Of a stretch of DNA of 32,000 nt, positions 25,417-32,000 are shown piece by piece; positions within the stretch are counted from its first letter, which is position 1; each line of letters opens with the position of its first letter. Made by a program: the position numbers and the translations under genes. This stretch comes from Sulfolobus acidocaldarius DSM 639 (GTDB taxonomy: Archaea; Thermoproteota; Thermoprotei_A; Sulfolobales; Sulfolobaceae), in the NCBI RefSeq assembly GCF_000012285.1, contig NC_007181.1, positions 750,001 to 782,000 of the forward strand. The letters run 5' to 3'. Under the pieces are notes generated by a model. It was not told the DNA's origin, made no database searches, and saw only the letters and a program-made list of their open reading frames with translations.

Positions 25417-26541
25417 GTTTGATAGTGCTCTATCTAGGTCTTCGATTAAATCTTCTATTTCCTCTATACCTACAGAAAGTCTCAACATATTAGGTGTAAT
25501 CCCAGCCAATTTCCTTTCTTCTGGTGTTAAACTCCTATGGCTCATTGTTGCAGGATGGGATATAGTGGAGTTCACACCCCCTAATGTTTGGGCAGAAAGT
25601 ATTACATTAAGTCTATTCATTAATTTTATGGAGTCTTCTTGAGAACCTTTGATCTCGAAGCTTACAACTCCCCCGTTTGCCTTCAAAACTCTCCTGGCTG
25701 TATTATAATCAGGATGCACCTTTATTCCGGGATAATATACTCTGGATATTTTTGGATGCTCTTGGAGAAACTCCGCTATCTTTTGTGCATTAGAATTTAT
25801 AACATCCATTCTTACCTTCAGTGTCTTCATTCCTCGTATAGTAAGATATGACGCGTGTGGATCTGCAGATGTACCTAAACTCCTTCTAGTAAGATCAATT
25901 TTATTCATTAATTCGTTGTTACCACAAGCCACTCCAATTATTACATCATTATGTCCTGCAATGAACTTTGATCCACTATGTACTACAATATTTGCTCCTT
26001 GGACAATAGGTTTCTGGTTAATTGGCGTAGCGAATGTTCCGTCTACAACCAATAGCACATTATTTTCTTTACATATTTTAGCCAACTCAGGTAAATCTAC
26101 AACTCTTAATGTGGGGTTTGAAATACTCTCCACAAATACCATGTCGTATTTTTTCTCCTTAGCCTTCTCTATGACCTCTCCAGGTTCAGCAACTTCAGCT
26201 CTTACACCCCAATTTTTCATAAATTCAGTGAAGAATTTGTATGATCTACCAAACATGTCCCTATGGATGAGGACTGATGAATTTGGCTTTAAAAGGGTAA
26301 AAGCTACAGTAGATATCGCTCCCATACCTGAGGAAAATACCACACCCATTTCTGCTTCTTCTAAACTAGCAATCATCTCTGCCAACTTTAGTACAGTCGG
26401 GTTTGCCTCTCTTGTATACCTGAATTTCTCCCCGATAGGAAATTCAAAGGATGTAGTCTGATATATTGGTGTAGTAATAGCGCCAGTTTTCTCGTCTGTT
26501 CCTTCAAATGTAGCTTTAGTTCCATCTCTCAACCCATGCAC
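25411..26541 (-). CDS. Cys/Met-metabolism PLP enzyme (cystathionine gamma-synthase / O-acylhomoserine thiol-lyase family)
   Basis: GAITTPIYQTTSFEF, VFVESISNPTL, VVDGTFATP, and the PLP lysine in HSGSKFIAGHND. Confidence 0.88.
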   Translation of the reverse strand: MHGLRDGTKATFEGTDEKTGAITTPIYQTTSFEFPIGEKFRYTREANPTVLKLAEMIASLEEAEMGVVFSSGMGAISTVAFTLLKPNSSVLIHRDMFGRSYKFFTEFMKNWGVRAEVAEPGEVIEKAKEKKYDMVFVESISNPTLRVVDLPELAKICKENNVLLVVDGTFATPINQKPIVQGANIVVHSGSKFIAGHNDVIIGVACGNNELMNKIDLTRRSLGTSADPHASYLTIRGMKTLKVRMDVINSNAQKIAEFLQEHPKISRVYYPGIKVHPDYNTARRVLKANGGVVSFEIKGSQEDSIKLMNRLNVILSAQTLGGVNSTISHPATMSHRSLTPEERKLAGITPNMLRLSVGIEEIEDLIEDLDRALSNL

Positions 26542-27436
26542 CCCCTGCTATCTTAGCTTCCTTGACTAAACACTTCTGTGAGTATGTTTCACAGATTTCA
26601 AGTCCCTCCTTTTTAATTTTGTTTTTATCACTATATTCATCAACGAACACTGCAATTGTAGGACCAGCCCCACTTACACACGCACCAATTGCGTTATTTT
26701 CTATGGAAATTTTCTTAAGTTTTTCATAATGTGGGAAAAGTGGACTCCTCGCTACTTCTACTATCTCGTCATTCAAACCCAATCTCAATAATTCCCTATC
26801 ACCTTTAACAAGTCCTAAAATTGTAGAGGAAAGATATCTTGAATTTCTAACCATCTTACCTAATTCCACATTACGGGGAAGCATTTCACGTGCCTTCTTA
26901 GTTTTATCCTTAAGCTGTAAAACTGGAATGAATAGTAATAAGGAGAAATTTAAGTTAACCGGAATGGGAGAAACTGTAACTGGTTCAGTGTTTAATACAG
27001 CTACTACCCCTCCATAGACACTTGCTGCCACATTATCAGGGTGAGCAGAGCCTGAGGATGCTATTTCTCCGATCATTGAGGCTCTAACCAACTCTTGCTT
27101 ATCTAAACCTAATTTAAGCAAATTATTTACACCAACTACAGCTGCGACAGCAGAAGCTCCACTGCTTCCTAACCCTAAGCCTGCAGGTATTCCTTTAATA
27201 ACTTTCATTTTAACTTTGACTTTTACATCAAGTTCGCTCAATAACCTGTATACTGCATAAGAAGCTGAGTTCTTATCTACCTCATTGGGAACACCATCAC
27301 CAGTGACGAGAACCTGCAAAGTTGAGTTTGGAATCGCTTCCATTTCAACACTGTCTTCAAAGGCGTTATGTGCTAATGCCAATATGTCGAATCCTGCTCC
27401 AAGATTAGCTGAAGAGGAGTATGCTTTAATTAACAT
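26516..27436 (-). CDS. thrB: homoserine kinase
   Basis: SSANLGAGFD N-terminus, GHMP motif GIPAGLGLGSSGASAVAAV, and HPDNVAASVYGG. Confidence 0.9.
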   Translation of the reverse strand: MLIKAYSSSANLGAGFDILALAHNAFEDSVEMEAIPNSTLQVLVTGDGVPNEVDKNSASYAVYRLLSELDVKVKVKMKVIKGIPAGLGLGSSGASAVAAVVGVNNLLKLGLDKQELVRASMIGEIASSGSAHPDNVAASVYGGVVAVLNTEPVTVSPIPVNLNFSLLLFIPVLQLKDKTKKAREMLPRNVELGKMVRNSRYLSSTILGLVKGDRELLRLGLNDEIVEVARSPLFPHYEKLKKISIENNAIGACVSGAGPTIAVFVDEYSDKNKIKKEGLEICETYSQKCLVKEAKIAGGAWVERWN

Positions 27437-27469
27437 GTTGATGATTCTGTCTTTTCAGATTAAAAATGT

Positions 27470-29095
27470 TTAACCCCTAAAATATTTCTTAATATCTGGA
27501 TTCCTTACAATAATTTCTAATTTTTCCTTACCTATTACTTTACCGTCCTTATGGAACGTATCTGGGATAATAATTTTCGCCTTATCCATTAATTGCAGGG
27601 CAACTGAGGGGTATCTTAATTTGACTACAGGGTCTTTTACTAATTTACTTAATCCTACCCACTCCAGGTACCCCACATACTCACTACCTTCACCTGTCTC
27701 TATAACGTTTCTCTCCTTACTTAAATCTCCCTTAAAGTTAGAATCATATAAATTACTTATTACGATAACATCCCCTATACCGTATTTGATTGCCTTAAGT
27801 CCTATATAAGATCCAAAGGGTAGCACTCTAAATCCTCTTGGATATAGCGTAGGCTCTTCTTCACCTATGTAAACGGGTCTCTCATCTAGTGATCTAAGGT
27901 AAACACTTACCTCACTTCCCTCTTCTATATTTTCTCCTGGGTTTATAATAATGTAACCGTCTGCAGTTGAAAAGACTCCTATCATGTAGCTGTCAAAAGG
28001 CATCCCTATAGCGTAATATTTTCCATCCTTTTTAATTAAATAGACTGGAATATATGTGGTCCTATTATAATCTGCTTTTACTTCATTTGTTATAGTTGCC
28101 TTTATGGTATATCTATAAGAAGAAATGTTATACATTATATCTATGTATTTATCAACTACTTCTTCATTTATCACCATTGTAGATGTTATGTTTCCTGGTA
28201 ATCCGAAAACCGGTTTACCCTTAATTTCTGCCAGTATTGCAGGCTTTCCCGGTTTTATTTTTAAGCCATGAACTATAATTTTACCTTCCTCTTTGATCAC
28301 TTGATGTACATAATCTTTTTCTCCTGCACTTGACCCCCCTGTTACTATCACGATGTCTGCTTTTTCTATGCCTTCCAGTATCTCTCTTCTAATTAATTCC
28401 TTATCATCGTTTACATGAGTCCTTTTTATAACATCGTAGCCTTTAGATAAATAATAAGCTTGCAAGTAGTACGAGTTACTCTCATAAATCTTTCCTGGAT
28501 CAAGGTCTTTACCTGGTTCTACTAATTCATCTCCAGTAATAATAATGTATATCCTTGGTCTTTTGTAAACTAAAACTTGCCTTATTCCGATTGATGCCAA
28601 AAGGGCTATCTTATAAGGGTTTAATCTCTCACCTCTTCTTACCACCAATGTTCCTTTAGGTATGTCTGTGCCGATCCAACCTATGTTTTCACCAAAACTT
28701 AATTTCTTACTTACCTTTACCTTATTCCCCTCAATTACTGTATTTTCAACCTTAACGACTGCTGTTGCCCCTTCAGGAATCGGTGAACCAGTGTCCACTT
28801 CAACTGCTTCTCCATTGCCTATCCTAATCTCCTTAAATTCGCCAATTCTAATCTTATCTATTACTGTAAATTCTCCAGGACAAAGGTCATGCTTTATCGC
28901 AAAGCCATCAACTGTGGATCGAGAGAAAGGGGGTAAAGGTATGTCAGATATTATGTCCTCAGCTACAATCCTGTTTAACGAGTCTTCAAGATTTATCCTT
29001 TCCACTTCTAATTGCTTTACTCCAAATTCGTTTAGGAATTTAGCTAGAGCATCCTGAGGATAGAGTAGTTCTGAATCCTTAAGAATCGCTCTCAT
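27470..29095 (-). CDS. moeA: molybdopterin molybdenumtransferase MoeA with a 138-aa C-terminal extension
   Basis: FSRSTVDGFAI, TGGSSAGEKDYV and GLPGN are collinear with 400-aa MoeA up to ...GSEVSVYLRSL. A further 138 residues follow (encoded at about 27473-27886). Confidence 0.85.
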   Translation of the reverse strand: MRAILKDSELLYPQDALAKFLNEFGVKQLEVERINLEDSLNRIVAEDIISDIPLPPFSRSTVDGFAIKHDLCPGEFTVIDKIRIGEFKEIRIGNGEAVEVDTGSPIPEGATAVVKVENTVIEGNKVKVSKKLSFGENIGWIGTDIPKGTLVVRRGERLNPYKIALLASIGIRQVLVYKRPRIYIIITGDELVEPGKDLDPGKIYESNSYYLQAYYLSKGYDVIKRTHVNDDKELIRREILEGIEKADIVIVTGGSSAGEKDYVHQVIKEEGKIIVHGLKIKPGKPAILAEIKGKPVFGLPGNITSTMVINEEVVDKYIDIMYNISSYRYTIKATITNEVKADYNRTTYIPVYLIKKDGKYYAIGMPFDSYMIGVFSTADGYIIINPGENIEEGSEVSVYLRSLDERPVYIGEEEPTLYPRGFRVLPFGSYIGLKAIKYGIGDVIVISNLYDSNFKGDLSKERNVIETGEGSEYVGYLEWVGLSKLVKDPVVKLRYPSVALQLMDKAKIIIPDTFHKDGKVIGKEKLEIIVRNPDIKKYFRG

Positions 29096-29130
29096 AAAAA
29101 TATATTCAAAAAACTACATAATATCTTTAC

Positions 29131-29418
29131 TTACATAACGATTAATGCGGCTTTTTTCAACTCGTCCAATACAGTTAAAATTGGCTCTCGAACTTGATCA
29201 GACGGAAGATTTGTATCATTACTCGCTCTGTCAACAATCTCGGTCACAGTTCGATTACCATCACATAATTCCCAAACATAATAAGCTATAGGTGCAAGCT
29301 CATAAACCTTTTCTTCGGATAACTTTATCACGTAACCTTCTTCTTCTCCACTTTTAGTTACATCAATCAGTTCTCCTACCTTTTGCGGCTTAAGATCTTT
29401 TACTTCATCAAAATTCAT
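29131..29418 (-). CDS. PqqD-family / RiPP-recognition-element (RRE)-like small protein (95 aa)
   Basis: YELAPIAYYVWELCDGNRTVTEIVDRASNDTNLPSDQVREPILTVLDELKKAALI parallels PqqD (LNETAAAILELVDGRRDVAAII...VVEFL). ATGA overlap with the ssb stop codon. Confidence 0.7.
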   Translation of the reverse strand: MNFDEVKDLKPQKVGELIDVTKSGEEEGYVIKLSEEKVYELAPIAYYVWELCDGNRTVTEIVDRASNDTNLPSDQVREPILTVLDELKKAALIVM

Positions 29419-29855
29419 TCATCTTCCTCTCCTTCGCTCTCTCTCCTCGGCCTAAATCCACCTCTTCTTCCTCCGAATCTTCTGCCTCCTCTTCCTCCTC
29501 CTCTGTATTCTCCTGCAGAAGGTGTTGTTTCAGGTATGGATTCAGCTTCGGGTATATTGTTATCCTCAGCCTCAGAAACATTAGATTTGCTTCCCGCATT
29601 TAACTGTACTTTACCCTTATAAGCCGTAGTCCATGCATTTGCAATTTTTATCACAGAACCAGATTTAATAGTTCCAGCAAGATTTCCCCATAAAGTTAGT
29701 TTTATTCTACCTGTTTCATCTCCAACAACTGCTTCGCTTATGGTTCTTGTCCCATTCTTTGTTTGTATAACTCTTGGCTCGCTTGCTTCTATTACTCTAA
29801 CAGTTATATTTACGTTTTCCATTCCAGGTTTTAAACTATTTACCTTGTCTACCAT
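29415..29855 (-). CDS. ssb: single-stranded DNA-binding protein (crenarchaeal single-OB SSB with RGG-rich, acidic-ended tail)
   Basis: KVNSLKPGMENVNITVRVIEASEPRVIQTKNGTRTISEAVVGDETGRIKLTLWG...NAWTTAYKGKVQLNAGS is collinear with S. solfataricus SSB. The tail is GGGRGGRRFGGRRGGFRPRRESEGEEDE. Confidence 0.93.
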   Translation of the reverse strand: MVDKVNSLKPGMENVNITVRVIEASEPRVIQTKNGTRTISEAVVGDETGRIKLTLWGNLAGTIKSGSVIKIANAWTTAYKGKVQLNAGSKSNVSEAEDNNIPEAESIPETTPSAGEYRGGGRGGRRFGGRRGGFRPRRESEGEEDE

Positions 29856-29872
29856 TTATTCTCGACTCACGA

Positions 29873-29887
29873 ATTTTGTAAATAATA
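29873..29887 (-). promoter_or_regulatory. TATA-box candidate for ssb
   Basis: The minus strand reads atattatttacaaaa, centred about 27 nt upstream of the ATG at 29855. Confidence 0.4.
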
Positions 29888-29987
29888 TCTCTCTATTCAG
29901 GTATAAAAATCTGTGTTATAATCCTATTGAGAGTTACTAACATTTGTTTTTAAGCTAGTAGATTATAAGATTAAATTGGGATAGTCT

Positions 29988-31148
29988 GTGAGTAATAATG
30001 TTAATGCCAATCATCTATTAGATTATCCAAAGAAATTTTTAGAAATGTTATCTGCCCCATTTGTAGGCAGAGAAGAGGAAGCAAGAGTATTAACGTTAGC
30101 ATTACTCTCCAAAGAGCACGTAATACTAATTGGTGAGCCAGGAACTGCCAAATCAGCTTTAGCTAGAAGAGCTGCAGATCTAATGAGTGCAAAATTCTTC
30201 ATGTATTTGTTAACCAAGTATACCGAGCCTGCAGAATTATTCGGAGCATTAGATGTAAATGCACTGAAGCAAGGCATATACAAAAGGATTACCAAGGACA
30301 GATTACCAGAATCAGAAATTGCCTTCCTCGATGAGATTTTTAATGCAAATTCTGCTATATTAAACGCGCTGTTATCCTTATTAAATGAGAGAGTTATATA
30401 TGACGGTTATAACGTTATAAAAGTTCCTCTACGAACACTAATAAGCGCAAGTAACAGGGTTCCAGATGAGCCAGAATTAGACGCATTGTATGATAGATTG
30501 TTGTTAAGGCACTACGCAAGACCAGTAAGTGAAGACCAGTGGAAGGACCTTATAAATTCAGCATGGGACTATGAGTTTTCAGACAAATGGCATATAAGTC
30601 AAACAATCATGACCGTATCTCAATTAGACGAGTTATACTCTCTAATACCTCAAGTAGATCTGTCCGCTGTAAAATCGAAACTACTAAAGCTTTACGCAAT
30701 GTTAGAGGAAAAAGGTATACATTTAACGGATAGAAGGAAGGGGAAAGTTTTGAAGATAGCTGCATCTCACGCTTTACTGAATGGTAGGTTGAAGGCTATA
30801 GAAGAGGACTTGATTGTTCTGAAGTATATTGCACCCAAAGAGATTGATGATTTTGAAAAGGTGTCCGCCCTATTATCAGAGGAATTAAAAACACCAATTA
30901 AGTACATGAAAGAACTTAATGAAATCTACTCTAACATAAAAGAGGCAACAAAATATGTGGATGCTGCTAATGAGTCTGATCCCAGGTTAGTGGAGTTAAT
31001 AAGAAGCTTAAGAGCTACGAGGGATAGAGTAATCGCTTTAGGTAAGGAAAGCGGAGATGAGAAAGTGGAGGAATTCTCGAAAGACGTAATAAATGAAATA
31101 GATAAGTTATTAGAAAAAGTTGCAAGAAAGCTGGGGATATATCCTTGA
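29988..31148 (+). CDS. MoxR-class AAA+ ATPase, RavA-like
   Basis: GTG start. Walker A GEPGTAKS, Walker [20 protein letters not shown], sensor-1 LISASN, and ALYDRLLLR. The whole 190-aa core aligns by eye with E. coli RavA (GPPGIAKS, VFLDEIWKA, NTLLTAINER, LVAASN, ALYDRMLIR). Confidence 0.8.
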   Translation: MSNNVNANHLLDYPKKFLEMLSAPFVGREEEARVLTLALLSKEHVILIGEPGTAKSALARRAADLMSAKFFMYLLTKYTEPAELFGALDVNALKQGIYKRITKDRLPESEIAFLDEIFNANSAILNALLSLLNERVIYDGYNVIKVPLRTLISASNRVPDEPELDALYDRLLLRHYARPVSEDQWKDLINSAWDYEFSDKWHISQTIMTVSQLDELYSLIPQVDLSAVKSKLLKLYAMLEEKGIHLTDRRKGKVLKIAASHALLNGRLKAIEEDLIVLKYIAPKEIDDFEKVSALLSEELKTPIKYMKELNEIYSNIKEATKYVDAANESDPRLVELIRSLRATRDRVIALGKESGDEKVEEFSKDVINEIDKLLEKVARKLGIYP

Positions 31149-32000
31149 GCGAGGATGGTTTTTTAAGAGGAGTCGATTATTTAGATCCCTTAGTTAAATA
31201 TAGAGGAGAAAGGTTAGGTTACACTCTTAAGAAACTCACCGGTAAAGATCTTCAACTAGAAGACGGATTTTTAGTAGATACTTATTACATTCACTATTTA
31301 CCTATGCCAATTCCAGTTACGAAAGAGGAAGTAAACAAAGGAAAAGAGGTAATGTATAACTTCATTAACATGATGTTGGATTCTGAGTTGGTTATAAAGA
31401 ATAGAAACTACTCCATTGCTAACTCAGCAGTTAGTATGGCTCTATCTGTAAGTTACATTCAAAATTTGATTGAGGAGCTAGAGAGAATCAAAAGAACATC
31501 CCAATCACAAGAAGAGAGGGAAATGGCAGAACAAATATTAAACGGTCTAATGAAGGGGAGTGGCGGAAAAGAGAGCAATACCAAAAATAATGAAGAGAAT
31601 CAAAAGATGGAGAGACTAATGAAACAAGTACATGAAAAAGCATTGAGCAAAGCGGTAGAAGATGCTGAGGCAGTAAAGAACATGCAAAGAATAGTAGGAG
31701 GAAATGGTGCAGGTACTGGTTCTATACTTAACTTTGAAGGAGAGATTCACGAGGTCTTAAGACTAGCCAGAAACACCGAGATTAAGAAGATATTGGAGTT
31801 CCTGAATGGAATGCCAAGGTTAGGTAGCTACACTAAGAAGAGGACTGTAAGATATGCTAGAGGAGAATTGCACGGTTATGAGAAGGGTTCCGATTTAGAA
31901 AGGATCGTTTATTCAGAGTTAGCGTTACCTGACGAGTTATTTTATGTGAAATTCGCTGACTCGGACTTACTATTATATCAGAAGAAGATTAAGGAAGCGT
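31145..32000 (+). CDS. ViaA/CoxE-like partner of the AAA+ ATPase (N-terminal part only; the expected VWA domain lies beyond the window)
   Basis: An open frame of 285 codons runs from the TTG at 31145 (TTGA overlap with the ATPase stop) to the window end, and is not in the ORF track. The segment [41 protein letters not shown] resembles the conserved pre-VWA motif of COG2425-type proteins. Confidence 0.6.
   Translation, partial: MSEDGFLRGVDYLDPLVKYRGERLGYTLKKLTGKDLQLEDGFLVDTYYIHYLPMPIPVTKEEVNKGKEVMYNFINMMLDSELVIKNRNYSIANSAVSMALSVSYIQNLIEELERIKRTSQSQEEREMAEQILNGLMKGSGGKESNTKNNEENQKMERLMKQVHEKALSKAVEDAEAVKNMQRIVGGNGAGTGSILNFEGEIHEVLRLARNTEIKKILEFLNGMPRLGSYTKKRTVRYARGELHGYEKGSDLERIVYSELALPDELFYVKFADSDLLLYQKKIKEA

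Noticed and set aside
25916-26461. 181-aa plus-strand ORF inside the PLP-enzyme gene. Similar cases are 28662-29057 in moeA, 9979-10353 in pantoate kinase, 6025-6929 in the permease and 7115-7789 in the ABC ATPase.
   Set aside because: All lie antisense to genes with strong family motifs, and none has a motif or an independent start context.
29383-29622. Pro/Leu-rich (+) and Glu-rich (-) ORFs over the ssb 3' region
   Set aside because: They are alternative-frame readings of the low-complexity RGG/acidic tail coding sequence of SSB.
1-32000. Search for CRISPR repeats, IS elements or transposases, integrases, tRNA or rRNA genes, and long direct or inverted repeats
   Set aside because: None was seen by eye. 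Intergenic space is minimal, with the longest gaps about 150-190 nt, and every large ORF has a housekeeping or single-copy character. A computational repeat scan would still be needed to exclude short dispersed repeats.

Overview
Gene-dense (about 90% coding), AT-rich crenarchaeal chromosome segment of Sulfolobales type. Diagnostic genes are an SSB with an RGG/acidic tail, aIF2-beta, aIF1A-Rio1-KH(Dim2), NMD3, the archaeal pantoate kinase/phosphopantothenate synthetase CoA route, and ThiDN. The 173-aa pyrophosphatase matches my memory of the Sulfolobus acidocaldarius enzyme, which I cannot verify here. Most genes are housekeeping and sit in tightly packed operons with many ATGA or TTGA stop/start overlaps and leaderless-type promoters. 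I saw no CRISPR array, IS element, integrase, tRNA or rRNA. Features missing from the ORF track are a 58-aa ribbon-helix-helix gene (4815-4991, minus), a C/D box sRNA candidate (about 5545-5608), a 63% GC nested hairpin (5462-5515), and a truncated VWA-partner gene (31145 to the window end). The most unusual items are: (1) a block of four uncharacterised genes at 22889-25416, comprising an Hjc-like PD-(D/E)xK protein, a triple glycine-loop DUF1152-like protein, a tail-anchored acidic protein and a C2H2 zinc-finger protein; (2) a PqqD/RRE-like gene translationally coupled to ssb; (3) a DRG-family protein with all GTPase motifs eroded, inside a translation-factor operon; (4) a MoaD-MoaE fusion with an internal Gly-Gly; (5) a RavA-like AAA+/ViaA-like pair. 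I found no compelling complete novel system. All functional calls rest on motif reading by eye and need database confirmation.
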